Position numbers and translations under genes: made by a program | NCBI GenBank assembly: GCA_964397335.1 | Contig: CAYNIM010000010.1 | Coordinates: forward strand, 2,741-66,740 | From: an uncultured Flavobacterium sp. | GTDB lineage: Bacteria; Bacteroidota; Bacteroidia; Flavobacteriales; Flavobacteriaceae | DNA: 64,000 nucleotides | Direction: 5' to 3' | Notes under the pieces: model-generated | What the model saw: only the letters and a program-made list of their open reading frames with translations | Databases searched by the model: none | What the model was told of the DNA's origin: nothing | Shown: one piece after another, positions 9,532 through 21,361 of the stretch | How positions within the stretch are numbered: the stretch's first letter is position 1 | Layout: each line of letters starts with the position of its first letter

Positions 9532-10093
9532 CTCCTGACTTCCGCACATTTTTTTACCAAAAACATAAGTTGTTGATAATATTTTAGTTGAAATGATATG
9601 TTTGTCAGTTTTGGGTGTTAATTTTAGTTTTATGTATGTAAGAAGGCGAAATACTGGTGGTAATTGATAAACAGAAGTATGAAAATGACGCAGAGTGAGG
9701 TCGATTAAAAGATTATTTAACTAATGCTAGGCTCAATAAAAAAGAAATTCTGAAAAATCACCATCATTTATGGCAAATGGAAAAGTGTTTAATAAGACAA
9801 AGACAGATTTGAAAATTAGACCCATTTTTACAGAAAGCAAAAACGGATTGAAGCTCATATCTGTCTTACTTTTGTTCCATACAAGGTGTATAAAGAACTT
9901 GAAAGACAGCTTAAAGAAAAAAAGTCAGACCTATTGCCAGAAAAGGTAATTGTAATTGTACAGAGTATTTACCAAATTGAGGTACTAATTCAGGAAACTA
10001 AACAAATAATACAAAAAACACATTTACTCACTCAAGAATATAAAGAGTTAACGAACTTTTTAATTTTGGGTGTTAATTTGCGGAAGTCAGGAG
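9532..10093 (+). mobile_element. Internally deleted, degenerate IS1634-family element
   Basis: Perfect 15-bp terminal inverted repeats ctcctgacttccgca / tgcggaagtcaggag. Contains frameshifted transposase pieces MYVRRRN..., LWQMEK, KTDLKIRPIF and KRIEAHICLTFVPYKVYKELERQLK. Confidence 0.85.
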
Positions 10094-10290
10094 CTCCGGA
10101 TATTCCAATACATCTTTTTCTATATCTAAATCAAATAAACATTGATGCTCGGAAAAACTGAATTTCTTTCTTTTCTCAGACAAAAGATTAAACAATTCCG
10201 TTAAAGAAATTTCATCGGTAATAAAATCCAAATCGTAAATATCCTTTTTCGTAAAACGGTTTGTAGCACTGGTTAAGTTTACTATAATCC
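10092..10290 (-). pseudogene. Fragment of an AbiEii/AbiGii-like nucleotidyltransferase toxin, cut by the IS
   Basis: Minus frame reads NLTSATNRFTKKDIYDLDFITDEISLTELFNLLSEK...YPEL. The R..K-D.YDL motif is typical of AbiEii C-termini. Confidence 0.6.
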
Positions 10291-10548
10291 ATGTCCCAAA
10301 AGAGGTGTTTTAGGAAAAATGGTCGCTATGTTAACTTTCTGTTTCACAATACAAATTTTGTCAAAAATAATGACAATTCTTTTCTTTACCTCAAAAATAT
10401 ATTAGACGGATTTTTTGAAAAAAAAAAGTAAAATCTACTTCAAAAAACACCTCTAAAAACCCCGATTTCATCAATGAGTTTACTTTAATTTTTTCCGCAT
10501 CAAATACATTTGAAAATTGCTCCTAACTGCGGGTTCGACTTTTTACTG

Positions 10549-10754
10549 TTTGCAAATGTAGGACAGCCTCATTCACTCAAAAAAATCTTTTTGGGTTTCT
10601 AAAAAAATTCCCTCCGTTTCACTCCAACAATTTTTCCAGACACTCCTGAATCCTTCGGACAAAAAGATTTCAAGCCCGATACGTAATTTCTGTTTTCTAA
10701 ACGGAACCGAATCGGGTTTTGTATGCCTGATGCTGTCCTGTGGTCATCGGCAAA
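10549..10754 (+). promoter_or_regulatory. Long branched fold-back upstream of ssb (candidate ssDNA promoter)
   Basis: Nested inverted repeats tttgc/gcaaa, aggacagc/gctgtcct, aaatctttttg/caaaaagattt and aagcccgat/atcgggttt. Confidence 0.55.
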
Positions 10755-10972
10755 GAAAAAGCCGGAACCTCAGTTATACGAATCAATTTAATCACAAACG
10801 TTCTTTGACATTAATGGAAAAAATTAAAGTAAAAACAACAAAAAATACTGCTTTTCCAATCAGAAGAAAAGAGTAAAAAAAGAAATGCCGAGTGTCCTCG
10901 ATACCGAATCAATTCACTCGAAATTTTAACCCGACAATCACAAATTTAGTAACAATTTAAAACAAAGAAATT

Positions 10973-11332
10973 ATGAACACAATCGTAGGCAGAATTACAA
11001 GAAATGCAGAAATCAGACAAACATCAAATAACAAACAAGTTGTTAATTTTTCAGTAGCAATCAATGACAGCTACACAACCAAACAAGGCGAACGCATTGA
11101 GCAAGCCACTTTTTACAACTGTTCTTATTGGATAAACACCAAGATAGCCGAGTTTTTGACCAAAGGGACTTTGGTGGAACTATTGGGCAAAACAAGCAGT
11201 AATGCGTGGATTGGCAAGGACGGAGAAATCCATTCGGGATTGAATTTCCACACATCGAAAATCAAACTGCACGGTGGCGGAAAAAAGAACGGCAATCCAA
11301 AACTTTGTTCTAACATAATCCTACGGTTTTAA
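10973..11332 (+). CDS. ssb: Single-stranded DNA-binding protein, mobile-element type, probably C-terminally truncated
   Basis: GRITRNAEIR...VVNFSVAINDSY...FLTKGTLVEL OB-fold. Lacks the acidic DDLPF-type tail. Confidence 0.85.
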   Translation: MNTIVGRITRNAEIRQTSNNKQVVNFSVAINDSYTTKQGERIEQATFYNCSYWINTKIAEFLTKGTLVELLGKTSSNAWIGKDGEIHSGLNFHTSKIKLHGGGKKNGNPKLCSNIILRF

Positions 11333-11421
11333 ATGTTTATAAATGTCGGATTAAAAAGCACTTTAAATCAAGTCGTTAACCAATTTTACTTGTTGATACA
11401 CAATGAATTGCAAATAAATCT

Positions 11422-11546
11422 GTGGCACTTTTTCACATAGTTTAACAGTGCCACGAAACCGCCATAAAGTTTTGGGTATTTTTATCAATTTTGGCGGTTT
11501 ATCCCAAAAACAAAAAACCTGCAATATTTAAAATATTGCAGGTTTT
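11422..11546. repeat. Cluster of inverted repeats at the island/tRNA boundary
   Basis: gtggcact/agtgccac, aaaccgcca/tggcggttt, and a palindrome with 16-bp arms aaaacctgcaatattt-a-aaatattgcaggtttt (11514-11546). Confidence 0.75.
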
Positions 11547-11589
11547 CTACGATTTTTAGCGGATTTAAAAGAGAATCAGCTTTTATTTG

Positions 11590-11664
11590 TGGGCGATGAG
11601 GGATTCGAACCCCCGACCCTCTGGGTGTAAACCAGATGCTCTGAACCAACTGAGCTAATCGCCC
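11590..11664 (-). tRNA. tRNA-Val(TAC)
   Basis: GGGCGATTAGCTCAGTTGG...TCTGG-TTTACAC-CCAGA...GGTTCGAATCCC...TCGCCCA cloverleaf. CCA not encoded. Confidence 0.97.
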
Positions 11665-11687
11665 CAAACTTTCTTGTGATTGGTGTG

Positions 11688-11786
11688 CAAATATACAACT
11701 TTACTTATCCAATCCAAATAATTAAAGAGTTTTTTTTGAGATTTTAAATCTGCTTTTTTTCTTTCTTTTATTCGGGTGCAAATATA
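11688..11786 (-). promoter_or_regulatory. Two tandem Bacteroidota -7 promoter boxes (TATATTTG) upstream of the tRNA
   Basis: caaatata at 11688-11695 and 11779-11786 matches the TAnnTTTG consensus on the minus strand. Confidence 0.65.
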
Positions 11787-11973
11787 AGAATCTTTTTTAT
11801 AATCAAACAATGAAAATGATAAAATTTTATAACAAAAATGTAACTTACAGAAATTTAAATATTTGTAGGCTCTTTTTTCTGCTGTATTTTATATGGTTAT
11901 ACTCAAAGCATCGAGAAAATGTTAAGAAAAGCTGCGCTGTTTGTATCTAAAATTGAGATTCGGTGCTAAAAAA

Positions 11974-12005
11974 AGACAGCTGCCTTTTACTCAAGGCTGC
12001 TGTCT
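11974..12005 (-). terminator. secDF terminator
   Basis: agacagc-tgcctt...aaggc-tgctgtct hairpin with an A-run on the left. Confidence 0.65.
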
Positions 12006-12037
12006 GTAATTTATAAGGTCAAATTAAAGCTTTTTAA

Positions 12038-15000
12038 TTAAGCATTAACGCCTTCTGTAGCTTCGTCTGTTTCTGTTTCTTCTTCTTCAATCTTGTCGGC
12101 ACCACTTTTAATCATAGTATCTGCCATGATTGGAGTTGCGATAAATAACGAGGTAAAAGTACCTACTATAATACCGATGAGAATAGCGAAAATAAAACCT
12201 CTCAACGATTCACCTCCAAAAATAAAGATCGCGAAAAGTACCACAATTAAACTCATAGAAACGTTGATTGTTCTACTTAAAGTTGTGTTCAATGCTTTGT
12301 TTACAGTATCAACAAAACTTTCGCCTGTATGTAATCTTTGTCTGTTTCTTAAGAATTCACGAACCCTATCAAACACAATTACTGTATCGTTGATCGAGTA
12401 ACCAACCACGGTTAAAATCGCAGCAATAAGGTGTTGATCCAACTCCATATTGAACGGCATAATTGCATAGGTAAGAGAGTAAACTCCTAATACCACAATA
12501 ACGTTTTGAGCCAAACCTACAACAGCTCCCAAAGAAAACTGCCATCTTCTAAAACGCACTAAAATGTATAAGAACATAACAACAAGAGCACCTAATACAG
12601 CTTTCATTGAATCGTATTTTAAATCGTCGGCAATAGAAGGTCCAACTTTTGAACTTTGTACAACTCCTAATTGTTTGTCTTCATGACTACTCATAAAGTC
12701 TTCAAAACTTAGAGTTGTCGGAAGATATTCCTTAAGATTGTCGAAAAGCATTTGGTTGATTTCGTTATCAACTTCAGTACCTTCCTCTTCAACTTTATAT
12801 TTCGTAGTGATTCTTAATTGATCAGAACTACCAAATGTTTTTGCTTCGGCACTTCCAAAAGCATCTGACAATTTTTCTTTGATTTCATTGGCGTCAACCG
12901 GTTGATCAAATTTTACTTGATAAGTTCTACCTCCCACAAAATCAACTCCTGGATTTAATCCTTTTGTTGAAAGCGCTACAAGAGACACTAGTACAGCAAT
13001 TCCTGAAACTAGATATGCCACTTTTTTCGTTCCTAAGAAATTAAAGTTATTTCCAACGAACCAGTTTTTAGTGAATGAAGTATAGAACTTTACTTCTTTT
13101 CCTTTTTCAAGACGTGAATAAATAAACAATAATGGAATACATATTGCCGTGAATAATGACGTAAAAATACCAATCAATAGGGTAGTTGCAAATCCTTGAA
13201 TTGGACCTGAACCTAAGATAAATAAGATAATAGCAACAAGAGCAGTAGTGATGTTGGCATCAAAAATTGAAGACAAAGCACCGTTCCAGCTAAAAGCGTG
13301 ATTAGCGGCTTCTAAGGTAGATTTTCCAGCCCTAAGTTCTTCTTTCACCCTTTCATTTATAATGATATTCGCGTCAATTGCGGTACCCATCGTTAATACA
13401 ATACCTGCAATACCAGGTAAAGTTAACACTGCTCCAAGCGAAGCCAAAATACCAAATATGAAAAGCAAGTTTACAACCAAAGCAATGTTGGCATACATAC
13501 CCGTGCGGCCATAGTAAAATACCATATAAACCAAAACAAGTCCAAAACCAATAACAAACGACATGACACCGTTGTCAATAGCTTGTTGACCTAATGAAGG
13601 ACCAACAACAGCAGACTGAACAATATCTGCAGAAGCAGGTAGTTTACCAGCTTTTAAAATATTGGCTAAGTCTTTTGTTTCTTGAACTGTAAAGTCACCT
13701 GAAATACTTGAACTACCTCCCGAAATTGCTCCAGTAGTTACACCAGGTGCAGAATATACGATGTTATCTAAAACAATCGCAATGTTCGATTGTTGTGTAA
13801 ATGCTTTACCTGTTAATGCTTCCCAATCTCTTGCACCTTTAGCATTCATTTGCATTGAAACTACAGGTTTTCCAAGGTTGTCGAAGTCTGCTCTTGCATC
13901 GGTAACCACACTACCAGAAAGTGGTGCTGCATTTTGTGCATTCCCTCTTAATGCATATAATTCAGCAACATTGGAGTCGCTTTTTGGTTTTCCCCAAGCA
14001 AATTTTACATAACGAAGATCCCCTTTTAACAAGCTACGAACTTGTGGATCTTTTAGGTAAGTGTTGATTTGAGCCGTGTCTTTAGTTGCAAAGAAGCCTA
14101 TGATTGGCGAGCCTTGAAACCCTTGACCTTGCATCAATGAAAAAATCGGACCTAAATCAGCACTTTCGTTTAGATTGGTGTTTTCGCCTGAAGCTCCAGT
14201 CAATAATTTGTCTGCATCAGAAATAGCTTCTTCCTGATTCTGAGCCAAGCTGTCTGTAGCTGTTTCCGTTGTTTCTACAGATGTGTTGCGAGCTTTTAAC
14301 GTTTCATTCGCGTTCCAAACGTATTCAATGATTTCTTCGAATTTGTAGGTTTCCCAAAATTCTAATTCTGCTGTACTTTGTAAAAGTTGTTTGATACGAG
14401 CTTCATCTTTAGCTCCAGGTAATTCAACTAAAATACGTCCGGTGTTTCCAATTTTTTGAATGTTGGGTTGGGTTACACCAAATTTGTCGATACGTTCTCT
14501 TAAAATTTGATAAGCACTTTCAACAGCCTCGTCCACTTTTGCAGCCAATACTTTTTTTACATCAGCATCAGAAGTGTTGGTGTTGATGTCTTTATCGTCG
14601 AAGTTTCTGTTTAAGAAAACCTCAGGCGATGCCAATTTTAAGTTGGTTCCGTTGGCTTGATTTGCTTCGTCAAATGCTCTGAAAAAGGCATCGAGATACG
14701 ATTCTTGTGCACGTCTTCCTTTTTCTGTATTGGAAAGCGCTTGAACAAAAACCGGATTTTGTGAATTGTTTGCTAATCGGTTAATGATGTCTTTAACCGA
14801 AATTTGAAGTGTTACGTTGATTCCACCTTCCAAATCCAAACCTCTACTGATTTGGCGCTGCTGTACTTCTTCAAATGTATAACCTAAAACAGGATAAACT
14901 TCTACGTTCTTGATCGAATCGTAATAAGCTAATTCTTTTTCTCGGTCGCCACCTGAGAATGCAACGGCATCTTTTTTTACTTTATTTGTAACAAAAGTAA

Positions 15001-15070
15001 ACGAAAGCTGGTACGCACATACTAATGCAAATAAAATTGCAAAAAATTTAATGAGTCCTCTGTTCTTCAT
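12038..15070 (-). CDS. secDF: Protein translocase subunit SecDF
   Basis: GLDLEGG, RIDKFGVTQPNIQ, LTLPGIAGIVLTMGTAIDANI and GYSINDTVIVFDRVRE motifs. Confidence 0.98.
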   Translation of the reverse strand: MKNRGLIKFFAILFALVCAYQLSFTFVTNKVKKDAVAFSGGDREKELAYYDSIKNVEVYPVLGYTFEEVQQRQISRGLDLEGGINVTLQISVKDIINRLANNSQNPVFVQALSNTEKGRRAQESYLDAFFRAFDEANQANGTNLKLASPEVFLNRNFDDKDINTNTSDADVKKVLAAKVDEAVESAYQILRERIDKFGVTQPNIQKIGNTGRILVELPGAKDEARIKQLLQSTAELEFWETYKFEEIIEYVWNANETLKARNTSVETTETATDSLAQNQEEAISDADKLLTGASGENTNLNESADLGPIFSLMQGQGFQGSPIIGFFATKDTAQINTYLKDPQVRSLLKGDLRYVKFAWGKPKSDSNVAELYALRGNAQNAAPLSGSVVTDARADFDNLGKPVVSMQMNAKGARDWEALTGKAFTQQSNIAIVLDNIVYSAPGVTTGAISGGSSSISGDFTVQETKDLANILKAGKLPASADIVQSAVVGPSLGQQAIDNGVMSFVIGFGLVLVYMVFYYGRTGMYANIALVVNLLFIFGILASLGAVLTLPGIAGIVLTMGTAIDANIIINERVKEELRAGKSTLEAANHAFSWNGALSSIFDANITTALVAIILFILGSGPIQGFATTLLIGIFTSLFTAICIPLLFIYSRLEKGKEVKFYTSFTKNWFVGNNFNFLGTKKVAYLVSGIAVLVSLVALSTKGLNPGVDFVGGRTYQVKFDQPVDANEIKEKLSDAFGSAEAKTFGSSDQLRITTKYKVEEEGTEVDNEINQMLFDNLKEYLPTTLSFEDFMSSHEDKQLGVVQSSKVGPSIADDLKYDSMKAVLGALVVMFLYILVRFRRWQFSLGAVVGLAQNVIVVLGVYSLTYAIMPFNMELDQHLIAAILTVVGYSINDTVIVFDRVREFLRNRQRLHTGESFVDTVNKALNTTLSRTINVSMSLIVVLFAIFIFGGESLRGFIFAILIGIIVGTFTSLFIATPIMADTMIKSGADKIEEEETETDEATEGVNA

Positions 15071-15383
15071 TATAATTATAAATTAATTTTTTTGTTGATT
15101 TGGTTTTTTATCCGATTGTTCTTTAGCAATCTTTACCTAAAATCGGACAAATATATAACTTCATATAAGATTTGACAATAAAAAGCCTGCTTTTATTTAG
15201 TAAAAACTTGTTTTCGCTTTTTGAAACTTACGATTTTTACTAGCTGTTCGATTAAAACATTCAAGCTAGTGGAAAGGGTTGACAATTGATGACTTTATAG
15301 TGAATGAAAGTTAAAAATACGCCTCGTCCTGTGGTTTGTAGGTTTGTTATATCGGGTGTTGATTTTAAATAGTTTTATCTAAA

Positions 15384-15420
15384 AAGAAAGCGAATTCATT
15401 TTTTATGAACTCGCTTTCTT
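15384..15420 (-). terminator. gyrB terminator
   Basis: aagaaagcgaattcat...atgaactcgctttctt hairpin. Confidence 0.7.
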
Positions 15421-15438
15421 ATTTTATTTGTCTATAAA

Positions 15439-17382
<1,944 letters not shown>

Positions 17383-17572
17383 TTATGTAAGCTAAAATAT
17401 ACTTAAACAACAAAGATACGAAAATTTAATGTATTTTGTTGCATTTAAACGCATTTATTCTTTGTCAAGTTATCAACACCATTTTTTAATAAGTGATGTT
17501 ATATTGTTTGTTTTGACGTTTGTGGTTGTTTGAACAAATGAATTTACTTTTAATCAATTTATTTTGTAACTA

Positions 17573-18988
17573 TTAATCTCTTCTTTCTAATAAAACTACA
17601 TTTTCAACATGGTGCGTTTGTGGAAACATATCTACCGGACGTACTCTGGTTACTTTGTATTTCTCGTTCATTAATTCCAAATCACGAGCTTGTGTAGCTG
17701 AGTTACAACTTACATAAACAACGCGCTTTGGTGCAATTTTTAGGATCTGTGCCACTACGTCTTTATGCATTCCATCGCGAGGTGGATCCGTAATGATTAC
17801 GTCTGGTTGACCATGAGTAGCGATGAATTCATCGTTGAACACATTTTTCATGTCGCCTACAAAAAATTCACAGTTTTTGATTTCGTTTTGTTCTGCATTT
17901 ATTTTTGCGTCAGCAATTGCTTCTGGCACAGCTTCAACACCTACTACTTTTTTGGCTTTTTTAGAAACAAATTGAGCAATGGTACCTGTTCCAGTATATA
18001 AATCATAAACTAATTCCTCGCCAGTAAGACCAGCAAAGTCTCTAGTAATGGAATAAAGTTCATAAGCTTGCTCTGAATTGGTTTGATAAAAAGATTTGGC
18101 ATTGATGCGAAATTGCAAACCTTCCATTTCTTCTATGATATAATCTCGCCCAGAATAGCAAATGACTTCTTGATCGTAAATGGTGTCATTAAGTTTGGTG
18201 TTGATTACATATTGCAAAGAAGTTATCATAGGGAAATGATCTTTTACAAAGTTCAATAACAATTCTCTTTGTTCTTGATCTTCTTTGAAAAATTGCAGCA
18301 ATACCATGATTTCTCCGGTTGAAGCTGTTCGTATCATCAAAGTTCTTAAAAAACCTGTGTTTTCTCTCGGGTTATAAAATTCCAATTGATGCTGGTTTGC
18401 AAACTCTCGAATTTTATTTCGAATGTCGTTGGAAGGATCTTCTTGTAACCAACATTTTTCAATATTTAAAATTTTATCCCACATTCTAGGAATGTGAAAA
18501 CCTAGTGCGTTTTTAGTGTCGAAGGTTTCGTTCGATTCTATTTCTTCTGGCGTCAACCAACGTGCATTGGAAAAGGAAAACTCCATTTTATTTCGATAGA
18601 AAAACTGTTTCTCAGAACCCAAAATAGGTTCAAACTCAGGTAGATCAATTTTCCCAATACGTTTCAAGTGATTAAAAACTTCTTGCTGCTTATAAGTCAA
18701 TTGTTGGCTGTATTTCATGTTTTGCCATTTACAGCCACCGCAGCTACCAAAATGTTGACACACCGGTTCTATTCTATGTGGTGAATTGCTGTGAATATGT
18801 GTGGCTCTTCCTTCGTAATAAGCCTTGCGTTTTTTGACGGTTTGAATGTCTACAATATCCCCCGGAACTACATTTGGAACAAAAATTACTTTTCCGTCCG
18901 GAGCCTTTGCTACACATACGCCTTTTGCTCCTGCATCAAGGACTTCTACGTGTTCGAATACGATTTTTTCTTGCTTTTTTCTTGCCAT
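17573..18988 (-). CDS. rlmD: 23S rRNA (uracil-1939-C5)-methyltransferase
   Basis: TRAM domain, C..FG.CGGC cluster, SFYQTN, DPPRDG, YVSCN and DMFPQTHHVE motifs. Start placed at MARKK. Confidence 0.93.
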   Translation of the reverse strand: MARKKQEKIVFEHVEVLDAGAKGVCVAKAPDGKVIFVPNVVPGDIVDIQTVKKRKAYYEGRATHIHSNSPHRIEPVCQHFGSCGGCKWQNMKYSQQLTYKQQEVFNHLKRIGKIDLPEFEPILGSEKQFFYRNKMEFSFSNARWLTPEEIESNETFDTKNALGFHIPRMWDKILNIEKCWLQEDPSNDIRNKIREFANQHQLEFYNPRENTGFLRTLMIRTASTGEIMVLLQFFKEDQEQRELLLNFVKDHFPMITSLQYVINTKLNDTIYDQEVICYSGRDYIIEEMEGLQFRINAKSFYQTNSEQAYELYSITRDFAGLTGEELVYDLYTGTGTIAQFVSKKAKKVVGVEAVPEAIADAKINAEQNEIKNCEFFVGDMKNVFNDEFIATHGQPDVIITDPPRDGMHKDVVAQILKIAPKRVVYVSCNSATQARDLELMNEKYKVTRVRPVDMFPQTHHVENVVLLERRD

Positions 18989-19177
18989 AGTGCAAAAATA
19001 CAATTTTATGCGGTATGGTATCTGTTTTTGTTAATTTAGAATGAGTATAAGAATGAAGTTTTTTGGAAAATCTGTACGAGAAATTTCAACAAAAACCATT
19101 TTTTTTGAGTAACTTGCGTTCGGATGATTTCTCTCCAGGAAGAAGGAATGTTTTACTATTAATAAATTATTATTTGT

Positions 19178-20416
19178 ATGAATTTGAATCAATTAACTTC
19201 AAACGAAATTATTGCATTAGAAGAAAAACATGGTGCTCACAATTATCATCCGCTTCCGGTAGTGCTTTCTAAAGGCGAAGGTGTCTATGTATGGGACGTG
19301 GAAGGAAAAAAATATTACGACTTTTTGTCGGCATATTCTGCGGTCAATCAAGGACATTGTCATCCAAAATTGGTTCAAGCATTAACGCAACAAGCGCAAA
19401 CTTTAGCGTTGACTTCACGCGCATTTTACAATGATAAATTAGGAGTTTATGAGAAAAAAATCACAGAGCTTTTTGGCTTTGATAAGATTTTACCTATGAA
19501 CTCTGGAGCAGAGGCTGTTGAAACTGCGATCAAGCTTACGCGTAAATGGGCGTATGAAGTGAAAGGTGTTGCAGAAGAACAAGCACTCATTGTTGTTTGT
19601 GAAAATAATTTTCACGGACGTACTACTACAATAATCTCTTTTTCTAACGATCCAGAAGCTAGAAAAAATTATGGGCCGTATACCGATGGTTTTATAAGAA
19701 TTCCTTATAATGATCTGGATGCTTTAAAAGCAGTTCTTGAAAATAAGAATGTTGCTGGGTTTTTAGTAGAGCCAATTCAAGGTGAAGCAGGAGTTTTTGT
19801 ACCGCATGAAGGTTATTTAGCCGGAGCTTATGAGTTGTGTAAACAAAATAATGTGTTGTTTATTGCTGATGAAGTTCAAACAGGAATTGCTCGAACAGGA
19901 AAACTATTAGCGGTTGATCACGAAAATGTGAAACCAGATGTTTTGGTTTTAGGAAAAGCATTATCTGGTGGAATGTATCCAGTGTCGGCAGTTTTGGCAA
20001 ACAACGAAATTATGAATGTCATTAAACCTGGTCAGCATGGTTCTACTTTTGGTGGAAATCCTTTAGCTGCAGCTATTGCATCAACAGCTTTAGATGTGGT
20101 TCTAGACGAGAATTTAGCAGAAAATGCAGAGAAGTTAGGAAAGTTATTCAGAGATAAAATGAATGAATATATCCAAACTTCAACAATTTGTAGTTTGGTT
20201 CGCGGTAAAGGTTTACTTAATGCTATCGTGATTAATGACAGCGAAGAAAGTGATACTGCTTGGAATATTTGTTTAAAATTGCGCGATAATGGATTGCTTG
20301 CAAAACCTACGCACGGAAATATCATCAGATTTGCACCTCCATTAGTAATCAACGAAGAGCAATTGCTTGATTGTGTGCGTATCATTACAGAAACATTAAA
20401 AGAATTTGAACAATAA
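19178..20416 (+). CDS. rocD: Ornithine--oxo-acid transaminase
   Basis: [32 protein letters not shown] and HGSTFGGNP motifs. Confidence 0.97.
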   Translation: MNLNQLTSNEIIALEEKHGAHNYHPLPVVLSKGEGVYVWDVEGKKYYDFLSAYSAVNQGHCHPKLVQALTQQAQTLALTSRAFYNDKLGVYEKKITELFGFDKILPMNSGAEAVETAIKLTRKWAYEVKGVAEEQALIVVCENNFHGRTTTIISFSNDPEARKNYGPYTDGFIRIPYNDLDALKAVLENKNVAGFLVEPIQGEAGVFVPHEGYLAGAYELCKQNNVLFIADEVQTGIARTGKLLAVDHENVKPDVLVLGKALSGGMYPVSAVLANNEIMNVIKPGQHGSTFGGNPLAAAIASTALDVVLDENLAENAEKLGKLFRDKMNEYIQTSTICSLVRGKGLLNAIVINDSEESDTAWNICLKLRDNGLLAKPTHGNIIRFAPPLVINEEQLLDCVRIITETLKEFEQ

Positions 20417-20436
20417 TAAATGTTGAATTACTTGTG

Positions 20437-20465
20437 AAAGCTGCTTTAAATTAAGCAGCTTTTTT
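20437..20465. terminator. Bidirectional terminator between rocD and gldA
   Basis: aaagctgct...agcagcttt between convergent genes. Confidence 0.7.
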
Positions 20466-21361
20466 TAATTCGTTTTTTCTCTGAATATTGTTTCTAAGTT
20501 TTTGTTTTTTAATTGCATGGATAAAATTTTGACTCCGTTGTTTTGAGCAAAATCAAACAACATAGGACGCATGTCTTTATCAGAATTAAAAACCAATTGC
20601 CACTGCATGTCGTGAATGTTTTCGTAAGATTTTAAATCAGGTAGTTTTTCTATGAATTCTGATTCAATTTTAAAATCAAATTCTACTTCAATCACTTGGT
20701 CGTTTTCCGAAGAAAAAATTTGTTGAAGTTTATTATCAGCAACTATAACGCCTTTCTTAATTATAATCACCCGATCACAAATGGCCTCTACTTCTTGCAT
20801 GATGTGCGTAGACAAGAAAACGGTTTTGTCTTTACCAATGTTTTTAATCAACTCTCGGATTTCAACTAATTGATTGGGATCTAATCCTGTTGTGGGCTCA
20901 TCTAAAATTAAAACTTCAGGATCATGCAAAAGTGCAGTCGCCAAACCAACACGCTGACGATACCCTTTTGAAAGTTGACCGATTTTTTTATGAGCTTCTG
21001 GAGTTAAGCCAGTTAATTGAATGACTTCGTCTATCTTTTCTTTTGAAATTTTATAAATAGCAGCATTGAATTCTAAATATTCTCGCACATATAAATCTAA
21101 GTACAAAGGATTGTGTTCTGGCAAATAACCAATGGATTTCTGAACATTTAATTGTTGACTTTTTGCATCAAAACCATTCACAATAGCTGTGCCCTTATCA
21201 GCTTCGATATAGGTGGTTAGAATCTTCATTAAAGTAGATTTTCCAGCACCATTCGGTCCTAAAAAACCAACAATTTCTCCTTTATTAACACTAAAGCTAA
21301 TGTCATTTAACGCTTTCTGTGCTCCGTAACTCTTTGATATGTTTTTTACTTCGATGGACAT
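20465..21361 (-). CDS. gldA: Gliding motility ABC transporter ATP-binding protein
   Basis: GPNGAGKST, GYLPEHNPLYLDLYVREYL and LSKGYRQRVGLA motifs typical of GldA. Confidence 0.9.
   Translation of the reverse strand: MSIEVKNISKSYGAQKALNDISFSVNKGEIVGFLGPNGAGKSTLMKILTTYIEADKGTAIVNGFDAKSQQLNVQKSIGYLPEHNPLYLDLYVREYLEFNAAIYKISKEKIDEVIQLTGLTPEAHKKIGQLSKGYRQRVGLATALLHDPEVLILDEPTTGLDPNQLVEIRELIKNIGKDKTVFLSTHIMQEVEAICDRVIIIKKGVIVADNKLQQIFSSENDQVIEVEFDFKIESEFIEKLPDLKSYENIHDMQWQLVFNSDKDMRPMLFDFAQNNGVKILSMQLKNKNLETIFREKTN

Noticed and set aside
9886-10161. 91-aa ORF as a standalone gene
   Set aside because: It is the C-terminal fragment of the dead IS1634 transposase reading through the terminal repeat.
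4778-11335. Two inverted dif-like sites (ttatgttacag at 4795-4805; ttctaacataa at 11308-11318) flanking the low-GC module
   Set aside because: Only the 8-nt TTATGTTA core matches and the XerC-side arms are poor. The same 8-mer occurs near 35308, so chance in AT-rich DNA is likely, although the positions at module edges are suggestive.
11485-11667. 60-aa minus-strand ORF
   Set aside because: It is a translation of the tRNA-Val gene.
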